The notes under the pieces were generated by a model. The model ran no database searches and was not told the origin of the DNA. It saw only the letters and a list, made by a program, of their open reading frames with translations. DNA of 64,000 nucleotides from an uncultured Veillonellaceae bacterium (GTDB lineage: Bacteria > Bacillota > Negativicutes > JARBTT01), in contig CAWDTA010000005.1 of NCBI GenBank assembly GCA_963805085.1, positions 384,001 through 448,000 on the forward strand. Reading direction: 5' to 3'. Below are positions 1 to 11,250 of this stretch, piece after piece (position 1 is the stretch's first letter; the number at the start of each line of letters is the position of its first letter). The position numbers and the translations under genes are program-made.

Positions 1-11
1 ATCAAGGAAAA

Positions 12-1283
12 ATGATTTCATATATGGATACTACTGGTAGAGATTCACTAGCTTTAGCTATACCAATAAAGGATACCCCGTGGGTGGTTATTGTTAGTAT
101 GCCTAGGAGTGAGATTACCAGCGATTTTTATGCCAGTCTTACTAGTATGGTTGTTTCGCTGCTAGGGGTTTTTATTGTTGTTGGGGTTATTGCTTGGTTT
201 TTTCTTCTCAGATTGCTGCGCCCCATCGAAAAAATTTGCGAGAAAGTTGCAAAGATTGGTGAGGGCGATCTGTCGGTGGATATTACTTCTACAGCCAAGG
301 ATGAGATTGGAATATTGACGAGAGCCTTGTCGACAACAATAGAAAATTTTAGAAAAATGATTGTCAAGGTTCAGGAGGCAAGCGAGACGGTATCTACATC
401 TTCTGAAGAACTTACGGCTAGCACAGAACAAGTGTCTCAGGCCGCAGATCAAGTAGTAACGACAATAACCGATGTGACCAACGGAATGTCACACCAAATG
501 CAGGCTGTGAATGACACCATGAACATAGTTGAACAAATGTCGGCTGGCCTTCAGCAGATTGCAGCAAATACGGGTAGTGTTTCTGCGACAGCCGAGAAAA
601 CATCAAATACTGCCTTAGCAGGTCGGGAAGCTGTTCAAAAAGTTGCAAATCAGATGGCTAACATTGAAACATCGGTAACCAATTCAGCGCAAGTAGTAGC
701 TAAGCTCGGTGAGCGTTCTAAGGAAATTGGGCAAATTGTCGATACTATCGCGGGAATATCCAGTCAAACCAATCTATTAGCTTTAAATGCTGCCATTGAA
801 GCTGCTCGAGCTGGCGAACAAGGTCGCGGATTTGCTGTGGTAGCTGAGGAGGTCAGAAAACTAGCAGAGCAGTCGCAGGATGCTACCAAAGAGATTGCCA
901 CTTTAATTGGCGATATTCAGCAGGATACTACTAAGGCTGTGCTGGCTATGAACGAAGGTGCTGGTGAAGTAAAAATAGGTACTGAAGTGGCCAATGATGC
1001 AGGGCAGTCATTTAGCGAGATTGCTTCACTGATTACTGAAGTATCTGAGCAAATTCGTGATATTTCTGCGGCTATTGAACAGATGGCAAGTGGTAGTAAG
1101 CAAATTGTATCTTCGGTAAAGGATATTGCACAGATCAGCAATGATGTTACAAGTGAAACACAAATTGTATCTGCTGCCACCCAAGAGCAAACCGCATCTA
1201 TTCAGGAGATTGCCTCGTCCAGTACGGATCTTTCGCAAATGGCGGGAAATCTGCAGGCCGTTGTATCTAAGTTTAAAATTTAG
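12..1283 (+). CDS. Methyl-accepting chemotaxis protein (5' part lies outside the window)
   Basis: TM helix, HAMP and MCP hairpin motif [35 protein letters not shown]; frame is open to the window edge. Confidence 0.95.
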   Translation: MISYMDTTGRDSLALAIPIKDTPWVVIVSMPRSEITSDFYASLTSMVVSLLGVFIVVGVIAWFFLLRLLRPIEKICEKVAKIGEGDLSVDITSTAKDEIGILTRALSTTIENFRKMIVKVQEASETVSTSSEELTASTEQVSQAADQVVTTITDVTNGMSHQMQAVNDTMNIVEQMSAGLQQIAANTGSVSATAEKTSNTALAGREAVQKVANQMANIETSVTNSAQVVAKLGERSKEIGQIVDTIAGISSQTNLLALNAAIEAARAGEQGRGFAVVAEEVRKLAEQSQDATKEIATLIGDIQQDTTKAVLAMNEGAGEVKIGTEVANDAGQSFSEIASLITEVSEQIRDISAAIEQMASGSKQIVSSVKDIAQISNDVTSETQIVSAATQEQTASIQEIASSSTDLSQMAGNLQAVVSKFKI

Positions 1284-1307
1284 ATCAATTCTAGAAATAG
1301 TAGGAGG

Positions 1308-1430
1308 ATGTCAAATGTAGGGTTGCGTATTTTTCCGAATATTAATCGACGGCCTAAAGTGTTAATGGAAGGATTTGCCGGAATACCAGTGGCCAACATA
1401 GCAGATAACATGAACCGCATGTCTTGCTTC
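1308..1430 (+). pseudogene. N-terminal fragment of an RraA/HMG-aldolase family gene
   Basis: RBS AGGAGG, then MSNVGLRIF...GIPVANIADNMNRMSC, typical of RraA-family N-termini; similarity stops after ~40 codons, upstream of an att-like site. Confidence 0.65.
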
Positions 1431-1574
1431 GTACCTAAGTTGTCCTGTATCAGGATAATAAATCATGACATTTTTATTGCCTTTTATCTGCGAAACCGTG
1501 CCACGCCTAAGTTCATTTCTAATGGGGTTAGAAGCTCTATCTAGGTTATTCCCAAGGAAATAATAGCCTAAAAA

Positions 1575-1619
1575 CTTCTGAGCCATATGTCGAGCATTCG
1601 AATTGCCCTAGGCGCACCA
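1575..1619 (+). mobile_element. Degenerate tRNA-Arg(UCU) 3' half, att-like site A
   Basis: CTTCTGA anticodon loop, T-arm GAGCA-TTCGAAT-TGCCC, end GGCGCACCA; no 5' half; followed by a terminator-like hairpin and TTGGTGGACAA. Confidence 0.75.
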
Positions 1620-2145
1620 CTAGAAGACAAGGGTTCTAGAATTTTGCTAGTGCCTTTTTTGTTGTTGGTGGACAACAAAAATCATGAAAAAATGTTTGAA
1701 AAACAGAAGAGTCCCCGTTTTCTTCATTAATTAATAGATATTTTCTTCATTTATGGTGTTTAAGATTAATCGGGGGGAACAGTATCATCTCTAATGACGA
1801 AAAAACTGCCATCAAATTTTGCATAAATTTGGTGGCAGTTCTTGTGTTATATGGTAAATGCAGTTCATGTGAAGGATGATTGATCCTGCTACAGAGCCCC
1901 CTAACTAACAGGCTGAATAAAAGGGATATTGTGTAATGTCAAAAGACATTGATTGTGCATTTATAAATAAAACTTGAAGGCTGCAAAGGGCTGTGTTATA
2001 TTAATAGGAAAAAAAGGTAATTAACGAGAACAGCTCTCGTCTTTTAACAGATGGGAGTTGTTGAATTTTTATGAATCATAGACAATTGGGAATGGGGTAC
2101 GGTGGTAATTTATTGCTTGGTAGTGATATGGGGAGGCAAAGGACA

Positions 2146-3183
2146 ATGCGTAGAAAAGTAGGTAAAGCAATATTGTTGATCTTAGTAGGTTTATTATTGG
2201 TAGCAGTTTCGTTGACTGGTTGTAGTAAGTCAAAGGAGGTTGCGAAAATCAATGTTGGCTTGTTGAAACTTACGAGCTCGGCTCCAATTTTCATTGGTAT
2301 TGAAAAAGGATTTTTTAAAGAAGAAGGCTTGGATCTAGACATTGAGTGGTTTGAAGCTGCTCAACCAATTGCTGTCGCTACAGCATCTAACAAAGTTGAC
2401 ATTGGTGCGACGGGTATCACAGCTAGCTTGTTTAATATGGTTGGCACTGGTCAGTCATTAATGATTGTGGCCGACAAGGGGCGTGAGCATACTGGATATT
2501 CTTCCTCGGCTCTTTTAGTGAGAAAAGATCTGTGGGAACAAGGTATACGAAAAATTGAAGACCTAAAAGGTAAGCGCATTGGTATTACCCAGACGGGATC
2601 AACTTTTCATTATATGATAGGACGACTGTTGGAGGAAAAGGGCTTAACCTTGAATGATGTGGAAATTGTTTCCCTTGGAAAAATTGGTGCTCTAATGGCC
2701 AGCTTACAAAGTGGGCAGGTAGATGCGGTTATTTTGAATGAACCTAATATAAGTAAAGTGGAATCAGCTGGTTATGGTAAAATTCTATCTCAAGTAGGGG
2801 ATGTTATGGATTATCAGACCTCAGCCATATTTTTTTCACCCAAGTTCGTTAAGGATACAAGCGTAGGTATAAAATTTCTAAAAGGATATATTAAATCTAC
2901 TCGTTACTATTATGATGCTGTACTAAATTCGAAAGAGGGTAAAGTTGTGCCTGGTACAAACTATGATGAAGTCATCAATATTATTGCTAAGTATACAGGA
3001 GTTCCTTTGGAGGACGTAAAATCTGGATTACCATACCTTGATCGTGACGGGAAACTGTTAAGTCAGGATATCCAAACCCAGATTGATTGGTATGTAAGCC
3101 ACAAAATGATTGATAAGCCGATCAGTAGTTCTCAGGTCGTGAATGGGGATATGTGGGAAACGGCATTGAAAGAACTTAAATAG
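2146..3183 (+). CDS. ABC transporter substrate-binding lipoprotein, SsuA/NrtA/THI5 family
   Basis: Lipobox LTGC; IGIEKGFFKEEGLD; DLKGKRIG; start 2146 chosen from RBS GGGGAGG. Confidence 0.9.
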   Translation: MRRKVGKAILLILVGLLLVAVSLTGCSKSKEVAKINVGLLKLTSSAPIFIGIEKGFFKEEGLDLDIEWFEAAQPIAVATASNKVDIGATGITASLFNMVGTGQSLMIVADKGREHTGYSSSALLVRKDLWEQGIRKIEDLKGKRIGITQTGSTFHYMIGRLLEEKGLTLNDVEIVSLGKIGALMASLQSGQVDAVILNEPNISKVESAGYGKILSQVGDVMDYQTSAIFFSPKFVKDTSVGIKFLKGYIKSTRYYYDAVLNSKEGKVVPGTNYDEVINIIAKYTGVPLEDVKSGLPYLDRDGKLLSQDIQTQIDWYVSHKMIDKPISSSQVVNGDMWETALKELK

Positions 3184-3206
3184 GGCTTCTCGGGAGGATA
3201 TATATA

Positions 3207-3986
3207 ATGAAAGTAATCATTGAAGATATTCATAAAAAATTCTGCGTTCGAGATCAAGAAACCATTGCACTTGAGGATATTAACTTTACTATTGACGAAA
3301 AAGAGTTTGTCGTCTTAGTTGGTCCTAGCGGTTGTGGCAAATCTACACTTTTAAATATGGTGGGGGGGTTACTGAGTCCTACTTCAGGGAAAATCTATGT
3401 AGAAGGATTGAAGGTGGATCGGGATCCTTCTATTGGCATGGTATTTCAAGAAATAGGACTTTTCCCATGGCGGACTGTTAGGGAGAATATAGCGTTCGGG
3501 TTGGAAGCAATGGGACTGTCAAAAGGGGAACAGGTAGAGCGGGTACAATATTATACCGAGCTTGTAGGGTTAACGAATTTTAGTCATTCTTTTCCTCATC
3601 AACTTTCTGGAGGTATGCGTCAGAGAGTTGGAATCGCAAGGGCACTCGCTATTCAGCCTGACATATTACTCATGGATGAACCATTCTCGGCCCTTGATGC
3701 GCAATCGCGGACACTTATGCAGGAAGAATTGCTGAGAATTTGGAATCAGACCCAGCTGAGCACTCTATATGTGACACATAATATTCAAGAAGCGGTCTAC
3801 TTAGCTGACCGTGTTATTGTTTTGTCCCGACGTCCTGGCCGCATTAGCAGTATTATATCGATTGATTTACCTAAATTCGGACGAGATGACAGTAAATATG
3901 TAACTGAATTTAATAACTATGCCGAAGCGATTTGGCAGATGATACGCAAAGATGCGCAAGATGCCTTGCAGGAGGGGGACGAATAA
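3207..3986 (+). CDS. ABC transporter ATPase, SsuB/TauB type
   Basis: GPSGCGKS, LSGGMRQR, LLMDEPFSALD. Confidence 0.95.
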   Translation: MKVIIEDIHKKFCVRDQETIALEDINFTIDEKEFVVLVGPSGCGKSTLLNMVGGLLSPTSGKIYVEGLKVDRDPSIGMVFQEIGLFPWRTVRENIAFGLEAMGLSKGEQVERVQYYTELVGLTNFSHSFPHQLSGGMRQRVGIARALAIQPDILLMDEPFSALDAQSRTLMQEELLRIWNQTQLSTLYVTHNIQEAVYLADRVIVLSRRPGRISSIISIDLPKFGRDDSKYVTEFNNYAEAIWQMIRKDAQDALQEGDE

Positions 3987-4777
3987 TGACTTATCAGCGA
4001 GAAGTTGTCAATCGTTTAGCTTCTATTGAGAAAGAAGCATCCAAATGGGTCTCTGTAATGACGGTGCTTTTGCTATTAATAATATGGGAATTGGTGTGCC
4101 GTAGCGGATTTGTATCAGAATTGTTCCTGCCTGCGCCGACGAGGATTTTGCTTACTGGTTGGGATATGGTGATGAGTGGAGAATTACTTGTGAATGGCAA
4201 AGCTAGTTTAATACGTATACTGATTGGCTTTTTGAGTGGTAGTATTGCGGGCATTTTTCTTGGTCTATTTTTGGGATTTTCTAAATTAGCAGATGCCATG
4301 GGTAATCCCGTAATTTATGCTCTTTACCCCATTCCTAAGCTTGCCTTATTACCGTTAATTATACTCTGGTTGGGCATAGGCGAGTTATCAAAGATTTCGA
4401 TTATTGCATTGGGGGTATTTTTCCCAGTAGTGATAAATACCTATTCAGGAGTAAAAAATCTTGATCCACTACTGATAAAGGTAGCGGCTAGTTTTAAAAC
4501 GACTAAGTATAATATGATTCGGAAGGTAATTCTGCCAGGGGCAATGCCAATTATTTTTGCCGGATTAAAGCTTGCAGCTGGGACGGCACTGTTATTGTTA
4601 GTTGCCGCTGAGATGATTGCGGCGAAAGAGGGCATCGGAGCCATGATTTTACACTATGGTGATCTTATGCTTACAACTAAACTAATGGTAGGGATACTGA
4701 CGTTATCCCTGCTGGGAGTTATTTTTAATCATTTTCTGCAATGGGTAGAACGGCGTGTAATTCCATGGAAAAATTAA
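3986..4777 (+). CDS. ABC transporter permease, SsuC/TauC type
   Basis: PIPKLALLPL and LLVAAEMI motifs; TAATG overlap with the ATPase stop. Confidence 0.93.
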   Translation: MTYQREVVNRLASIEKEASKWVSVMTVLLLLIIWELVCRSGFVSELFLPAPTRILLTGWDMVMSGELLVNGKASLIRILIGFLSGSIAGIFLGLFLGFSKLADAMGNPVIYALYPIPKLALLPLIILWLGIGELSKISIIALGVFFPVVINTYSGVKNLDPLLIKVAASFKTTKYNMIRKVILPGAMPIIFAGLKLAAGTALLLLVAAEMIAAKEGIGAMILHYGDLMLTTKLMVGILTLSLLGVIFNHFLQWVERRVIPWKN

Positions 4778-4809
4778 CTGTTACGACGATGTATGTAGCA
4801 AAGGGATAG

Positions 4810-5229
4810 ACCATTATACCCTGTCAAGGCTGTTTAGTTTGTCGTAAGACAGGACACTGCGTCATGCAAGACGATTTTCAGAACATGTTTAAACATGTTA
4901 TCAATGCCGATGTTGTGGTTTTCGGCTCGCTCGTATACATTTGGCAGGTTACAGCTCAAATGAAGCTGTTGTGGGATAGATTTTGCGGCTTGTTCGATGA
5001 AAACTACAAGCCTAGGTATGCCGCTAAAAGCCTGATCATGGTATATTCTCAAGGAAATCCAAATGCACAGGCTTTTCAAACATCCTTTCAAACCAATGAA
5101 GCTGTGCCTAAGATGTTTGGTTTACATGTAGTCGATACTATTTTGCTAACGGGCGGCGGAGACCCCAACACCGCAGCTAGTAATAAAGAACTTTTATTAA
5201 AAGCTTATGAAGCAGGGAAAGCAATTTAG
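4810..5229 (+). pseudogene. 5'-truncated iron-sulfur flavoprotein / NADPH-FMN reductase
   Basis: In-frame extension upstream of 4864 reads IIPCQGCLVCRKTGHCVMQDD (CxxCxxCx5C) and is preceded by TAG; N-terminal FMN loop missing. Confidence 0.75.
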
Positions 5230-5450
5230 CCGACCTGCAATAGTACGCTTCACGAAGTAACCGACCAACCGGGCTGGGCTCCCCAATTTCGGGCCCGTAG
5301 GTTCTGCTTCTTAATGGCATCTCTTGGAACCGAGTAGAATATTTTCATCAGGGTTTTGTCGCCGGGTAAATGCAATTAGTGTTGAGACATGGGAATAGAC
5401 AGGGGCTTGATTTTCCTCAGCGAACCGAAGCCCTATCCACCTTTATAATA

Positions 5451-5502
5451 AATTCGCCGTTAGACCTGATGCGCAGAACCGTATCACTTATAATGGCTAA
5501 AA
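5451..5502. repeat. ~52-bp imperfect palindrome, copy 1
   Basis: AATTCGCCGTTA-gacc-TGATGCG-cagaac-CGTATCA-ctta-TAATGGCTAA. Confidence 0.85.
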
Positions 5503-5669
5503 ATGGCATGAGCCCTTATTTAATAGGGGAGCATGCCATTTTGTGGTAGCCTGAATTATATGAATAATCAATATGTAAAACATGTAGTGGCTTATTTATG
5601 GAATAATTCAGAAAGACATAGGAACGGTGGTACTTTAGTGGCCTTGTCGGGGTTCCATTGACATCCTTG

Positions 5670-6554
5670 TTATGGTGATTTATTTAATTTTGATGCTGCC
5701 ATCATATTATAAAATTGCTTAGGGGTAACACCGTATTCATTCTTAAAAGATCTGAAGAAATTTGAATAATCACCAAATCCAGATTGTTTGTAAACGCTAT
5801 TTATTGGATAGTCATTAAGAATTAGCTCTTTAGCAACAATTAATTTTTTCTGTACAATATACCTGTGAATTGTAGTACCTGTATGCTTAGAAAATTCCCT
5901 GGACAGATGGAATTTACTAAGATAAAACTCTTTAGAAAGTTCATCAAGGGTAATGTCTTCATCGATATGATTATTAATATACTCAATTATTCCTTCAATT
6001 AGATGGTTCTTCTGTACAGTAATATCTATGTCAGATTTATCGTTTAAAACGAGATTGTTTAAGTGTATGGCAATCTCTGTAATATAAGCTTTATAGAGCA
6101 AGTCTTTGCCGAAACCTTTGTAGTTATCAAGACTCAGAAGTTTATTGAGCTGTGTCCTTATGTTTTGGCGAAATTCAATGTCAGCTCTTATTACATTTTT
6201 TTTTACTAAGCTTTCAAAGCATAGGGGAAGATCAATTTCTGGTGTTGACAATTCCTGTAGAAAGGATTTGTTTATCCAAAGCACGATACGCTCATAGGGA
6301 GTCTTCATGCTATTAACAATTGCGTGATGAAGTTCTCTTGTATTAATTAATATAATGTCCCCTAATTGTAGATTATAGGATTTGCCTTCGATTAAAAACG
6401 TTACATCTCCAGACATATATAGATAAAGCTCATAAAAATCATGATGGTGTAAATATAGAAAAGGAAGATCAGCATTTAAAAAGTGAAAGACTTCATAATC
6501 ACGGGGAAGCATATGCTTTCGTGTCAAAAATTCATGGATGCCTTTTTTTTTCAT
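5670..6554 (-). CDS. AraC family transcriptional regulator (cupin + double HTH)
   Basis: LHHHDFYEL; FYLSKFHLSREF; GFGDYSNFFRSFKNEYGVTP. Confidence 0.95.
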   Translation of the reverse strand: MKKKGIHEFLTRKHMLPRDYEVFHFLNADLPFLYLHHHDFYELYLYMSGDVTFLIEGKSYNLQLGDIILINTRELHHAIVNSMKTPYERIVLWINKSFLQELSTPEIDLPLCFESLVKKNVIRADIEFRQNIRTQLNKLLSLDNYKGFGKDLLYKAYITEIAIHLNNLVLNDKSDIDITVQKNHLIEGIIEYINNHIDEDITLDELSKEFYLSKFHLSREFSKHTGTTIHRYIVQKKLIVAKELILNDYPINSVYKQSGFGDYSNFFRSFKNEYGVTPKQFYNMMAASKLNKSP

Positions 6555-6692
6555 TATTATCTCCTCCTAATCAATTTGTATAAATTGATTTTAAATTTTC
6601 TGAATTATTCCATTACTGAATGGGTTTAATAGTGAAAAATAACTGTAATTAGTAGTGAGTGTTAGCGAAGCTTATCTATATTATATTTTGTA

Positions 6693-6720
6693 GAGCAATT
6701 TTTGCAAGTTTTTGAGCAAT
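6693..6720. promoter_or_regulatory. Candidate AraC half-sites
   Basis: GAGCAAT direct repeats at 6693 and 6714 (21-bp period) in the divergent araC-GH31 intergenic region. Confidence 0.4.
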
Positions 6721-7156
6721 CAAAACATATTTTTTATATCTTTATACAGCTATGATTTAATTGTAATGTTTAAACTAAAATGAGTAAGAAGATTTACTTA
6801 ACATCACCTTGCCAGTTTAATGCAATGGAAGAAAAATTAAAAGAGCTATTATTAGTGTAGGTTATTATTGGGATGATATGTTTTTATGTGGATTCATCAG
6901 TAAGTAGCTTAGCAGATGAAAAACAGTAACTGTTTTTTAATTTTGATTTTTTGCTTAGAATATTCGAAATATAAAGAATGTTCGAATAAACAAGCAAGGG
7001 AAAAGTGCTAAATATATGCCATAAAATTTTTTTTCTGGTGGTGTCACTAGCTCTGGCGGGTACCGGAGTTTTCTTGAAACCGGGGATAATAAAGGACACT
7101 TACTGAAAGATAGATAATAATCAACCGAATAAAATGTGTTTACGAGGAGGGGTAAT

Positions 7157-9637
7157 ATGAATTTATTACAGATTGATGTTAATGATGATTTTATTGAAAT
7201 GCATACTGATGAAGCTTGGGTGCGAATGATATTTCTTAGCGCCGACATCTTTCGGGTACGGGTTTCTTGGAATGAAAAGTTTCTGCCCGATCGTTCGTAT
7301 ATTCTGGTAAAAACAGCATGGGAAGACGAATTAGACGAATTTATGAGCAGTGAAAGGATAAAAGTAAAACCATATGTAGCCCACCAGGAAGAAACAGCAG
7401 AAAATGTAATTTTTCATACTGACTCGTTAGAAGTCAGAATAAAGAAAGCACCATTTGCTATTTCTGTATATAACAAAAGCGGCGTGTGTCTACATGAAGA
7501 TGTTCCGGAAATTGCTTATGGCAAAGATCATTTGGGGCGTGTTTATCACTATAGTGTGAAACCACTTAATAATTGTTATTACGGTTACGGGGAAAAAACG
7601 GGATTTCTTAATAAAGATAAACGGCGTTTGCGTATGAGCAACAAAGATACGATTGGCTATGATCCACGTCAAGCTGATCCGCTTTACAAGCATATTCCGT
7701 TTTATATGGTGCTAAATAAAGAGAGTAAAACCGCTCATGGCATTTTCTATCATAATGCGTACGATTCTATTTTTGATATTGGCGCAGAACGTAGCGGCTA
7801 TTGGGCCCCTTATACTTATTTTGTGGCTGACGGAGGGGAAATGGATTGGTTTTTCTTTAACGGACCTACGGTTAAAGATGTTGTTGCCAATTATACAGAT
7901 ATTAGTGGAAAAACAGTGCTTCCTCCACGCTACAGCCTAGGGTATATGGGGTCAACGATGTATTATACCGAACTGCCGAAGAAATCTGATGAAGCAGTAC
8001 TTGGCTTTATTGCGCAAGCTAAAGAAGAAGATATTCCCTGTGAAGGATTCTTTTTGTCTTCCGGTTATACCAGCGGTAAGGATGGCAAACGATATGTATT
8101 TGAATGGAATGAAGCACGTTTTCCCAATCCAGCCGAATTTATTAGGCAGCTACAGCAAAATGGTGCAGAGCTATGTCCTAATGTTAAGCCAGGTATGCTG
8201 CTATCGCATCCGCAATACAAAAAATTTGCCGATGCGTCAGCATATATAAAGGATTCTAAGAAAGAGCGGCCGAGAATTGATCGTTTCTGGGGTGGGCCTG
8301 CATCCTTTATTGATTTTACTAATCCAAATGGACGTCAATTATGGAAGGAGGGGTTAAAAAATGCGCTCATCTCTAACGGAGTAGTGGCTATCTGGAATGA
8401 TAACTGCGAGTATGAGACGCAAGATGTAATGGCGGTATGTTATGGTGACGGCAAGCAAGAACCATTAGGAGGATTGCGTCCAATCATGTCAACGCTGATG
8501 GCGCGTATGGCGCACGAAGCAATGGCGGAATCCAGACCTGGTATTCGTCCTTATGTTTTGAACCGTGCTGGTTTTGCTGGGATTCAGCGGTATGCTTCGA
8601 CTTGGTGTGGTGATAACTGGACAAGTTGGGACAGTTTTAAATTTAATATCCCGACTATTTTAGGGATGGGCTTGTCTGGTGTAGCGAATCAAGGCAGTGA
8701 TATTTGTGGCTTTGCTGGACCGCGCCCTGAGCCTGAACTTTTAGTTAGGTGGATTCAGCAAGGAATTTTTCAGCCGCGATTTTGTATTCACTCTTGTAAC
8801 GATGACAACACAGTGACTGAACCCTGGATGTATCCGGACTATACTTCGTATGTAAGAGAAGCCCTTAAACTTCGTTATACCTTAATTCCATATTTATATT
8901 CCTTAATGTATCAAGCTTCAATTGAAGGAACGCCAATTATGCGCCCAATGTTGTACGAATTCCAAAATGACAGCAAGGTATATGAGGAAAGCTTTGATTA
9001 TATGTTTGGACCGAGCCTGTTGGTTGCCAACGTGCTGGAAAAGGGAGCGATCACACGGGATGTTTATTTGCCAGAAGGTACAATCTGGCGGGAATGGGGA
9101 ACTTGGCAGGTGTTTGCTGGTGGACAAGTCATTACTGTGGATGCACCGCTTGACAAAATACCGTTATTTATCAAAGTCGGTAGCATTATACCAATAACAG
9201 AAGGTATTACGAATTTAAGAACGCAGGAAATTACTAGGATTAAATACCTGATTGAACCAAGCGCTGATGGCGAGTTTACTATGTATGAAGACGATGGTTA
9301 TACTCAGAAATATAAAGATAAAGAATATCGTACAACACAGATTATTTGTACTGCTAAACAAGAAGTCTGCAATGTAGAAATTTCTCGTAGTGGTAATTAT
9401 CAAAGTCCTATAAATAGTGAAGAAATTCAAATGATTTGTCCTGAGAAAGCACCACTAGAAGTCCGAGTAAATGGACAGTTGTTGCAAAAAATTATGAATA
9501 TTGCTCATGGAAAACAAAACGAAAATGCTTGGTATTATGATACGCAAGCAGGTATTGCTTTTATTTCTTTACCTGAACAGCAAGAAAAGATAAGTGTAGA
9601 AGTATTGTTTGCAAGCAAAGATTTGATTTCGATTTAA
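7157..9637 (+). CDS. Glycoside hydrolase family 31, Aec37-like
   Basis: PLYKHIPF, IWNDNCE nucleophile motif, WCGDN acid/base motif, GSDICGFAG; RBS GAGGAGG. Confidence 0.92.
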   Translation: MNLLQIDVNDDFIEMHTDEAWVRMIFLSADIFRVRVSWNEKFLPDRSYILVKTAWEDELDEFMSSERIKVKPYVAHQEETAENVIFHTDSLEVRIKKAPFAISVYNKSGVCLHEDVPEIAYGKDHLGRVYHYSVKPLNNCYYGYGEKTGFLNKDKRRLRMSNKDTIGYDPRQADPLYKHIPFYMVLNKESKTAHGIFYHNAYDSIFDIGAERSGYWAPYTYFVADGGEMDWFFFNGPTVKDVVANYTDISGKTVLPPRYSLGYMGSTMYYTELPKKSDEAVLGFIAQAKEEDIPCEGFFLSSGYTSGKDGKRYVFEWNEARFPNPAEFIRQLQQNGAELCPNVKPGMLLSHPQYKKFADASAYIKDSKKERPRIDRFWGGPASFIDFTNPNGRQLWKEGLKNALISNGVVAIWNDNCEYETQDVMAVCYGDGKQEPLGGLRPIMSTLMARMAHEAMAESRPGIRPYVLNRAGFAGIQRYASTWCGDNWTSWDSFKFNIPTILGMGLSGVANQGSDICGFAGPRPEPELLVRWIQQGIFQPRFCIHSCNDDNTVTEPWMYPDYTSYVREALKLRYTLIPYLYSLMYQASIEGTPIMRPMLYEFQNDSKVYEESFDYMFGPSLLVANVLEKGAITRDVYLPEGTIWREWGTWQVFAGGQVITVDAPLDKIPLFIKVGSIIPITEGITNLRTQEITRIKYLIEPSADGEFTMYEDDGYTQKYKDKEYRTTQIICTAKQEVCNVEISRSGNYQSPINSEEIQMICPEKAPLEVRVNGQLLQKIMNIAHGKQNENAWYYDTQAGIAFISLPEQQEKISVEVLFASKDLISI

Positions 9638-9682
9638 TAGCATTTAAATGGACTCAAAAATAAGTTGCGGGGGAGATAAAAA

Positions 9683-10960
9683 ATGGCTAAATTTAAACAA
9701 TTGCGTTGGTCAATGCTGGTCTTATTTATTACAGGCGTAACGATAAATTATATTACAAGGAACTCATTAGGTATATTGGCGCCCGAACTGGAACGTATTT
9801 TACATATGTCTACTCAAGAATATTCCTGGGTTGTTGCTGCGTTTCAAGCTGCGTATGCAATCTCTCAACCAATTTGTGGATGGGTGCTGGATTTTATTGG
9901 GTTGAAGGTCGGTTTCCTGTTTTTTGCTCTGGCCTGGTCGGTGGTTTGTATGCTTCATTCCCTGGTTACCAGTTGGGAAGCACTAGCCGGTTTGAGATTT
10001 CTCATGGGGGTTACTGAGTCTATTGCAGTACCTGCTAACTTGAAGATCTTAACCGATTGGTTTCCGTCTAAAGAAAGAGGAGTTGCTGCCGGATGGGCAG
10101 GTGTTGGATTTTCCTTCGGTGCCATGTTGGCACCTCCGTTAGTTGTTGCTATTAGCCTACAATATGGCTGGCAGGCGGCGTTTTTTGTAACTGGTTTTAT
10201 GGGATTAATCTGGGCAGGCATTTGGAAGATTTATTATAATAGCCCCAAGGATCACAAGTTGATTTCGCAAGAAGAAAAGGATTATATTTTAGATGAAGCG
10301 ACTGTAAGATCAAGAGAGCCATTAAAAACTAACCTTTGGACCAGTTTTAAAGAGATTTGCAAAGTGAAAAAATTCTATGGAATTGCTATACCTGCTTTTT
10401 TGGCTGAACCAGCATGGCAGACAATGAGTTTCTTTGTTCCTTTATATTTGTCGACAGAAAGAGGTATGAATTTAAAAGAAATTGCTTTATTTGCTTGGCT
10501 GCCGTTTTTAGCAGCCGACATTGGAAGTGCTGTTAGCGGCTATTTGGCAAAGATGTATCGTGGAAAATTTACTTTATCTAACAACAATGCTGCAATTTGG
10601 AGTTCCATATCAGGAGCCTGTCTTATGATTTCACTGACTTTCGTTCCTTTTGTGCATAGACCTTATGCAGCCATTGGTCTAATAGCGATTGGCGGGTTTG
10701 GGCACGCAGCGATTTCTGCAATGCTTGGTGTTTTGATTATGGAGAATTTCGAATCGAATCAGGTTGCTTCAGTCAACGGTATACGTGGCTTTTCAGCATG
10801 GACAAGCGCCTTTTTATTCTCCCTTTTGATTGGTGTAGTTGTACCGAAATTTGGATATAATCCTATATTTATTAGCATGGGTTTTTTTGATATAATTGGT
10901 GCGGGTTTTATGTTGTGGTTTATTTATGATAAAGGGGTAAAAGCCTTAAAGTCCAAGTGA
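9683..10960 (+). CDS. MFS transporter, ExuT/ACS-like
   Basis: INYITRNSLG, WFPSKERG, about 12 TM segments. Confidence 0.92.
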   Translation: MAKFKQLRWSMLVLFITGVTINYITRNSLGILAPELERILHMSTQEYSWVVAAFQAAYAISQPICGWVLDFIGLKVGFLFFALAWSVVCMLHSLVTSWEALAGLRFLMGVTESIAVPANLKILTDWFPSKERGVAAGWAGVGFSFGAMLAPPLVVAISLQYGWQAAFFVTGFMGLIWAGIWKIYYNSPKDHKLISQEEKDYILDEATVRSREPLKTNLWTSFKEICKVKKFYGIAIPAFLAEPAWQTMSFFVPLYLSTERGMNLKEIALFAWLPFLAADIGSAVSGYLAKMYRGKFTLSNNNAAIWSSISGACLMISLTFVPFVHRPYAAIGLIAIGGFGHAAISAMLGVLIMENFESNQVASVNGIRGFSAWTSAFLFSLLIGVVVPKFGYNPIFISMGFFDIIGAGFMLWFIYDKGVKALKSK

Positions 10961-11048
10961 TTTTTGCTAAATGGGTGTCTTAGAAATGGGGGTTCATCCT
11001 GTCTAGACATCCTTTTTTCAAAGACATGGGTCAAGACATTCAATACAT

Positions 11049-11099
11049 GGGGACGGAGGTATTGTCAGAAGGACTCTAAATGACAGTTCCACCGTCCCC
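11049..11099. repeat. REP-like inverted repeat
   Basis: GGGGACGG-aggtat-TGTCA ... TGACA-gttcca-CCGTCCCC; related GGGACGGTTCTT at 13801. Confidence 0.6.
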
Positions 11100-11250
11100 G
11101 CTGCTTGAGTGACTGACGTAAGCAAAGGAATTGTTGAGAAAAGCTAAGGAAGCACTATCTCCATCCCTATGTACTCTGTATTTCCTATTCGTGTATTTGT
11201 ATCATCTCACGATCACAACACAGTATGTCAGTGGGAACATATTAAGAAAA

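Noticed and set aside
128-1238. Short antisense and alternative-frame ORFs inside long genes, here and throughout the window
   Set aside because: Shadow ORFs with no RBS or recognisable motifs
5448-5470. INSPLD reading as an integron-like integrase C-terminus
   Set aside because: No upstream integrase frame and the motif is not kept in copies 2 and 3
6780-7130. Possible decayed gene between araC and GH31
   Set aside because: Only short stop-ridden frames with no assignable motif
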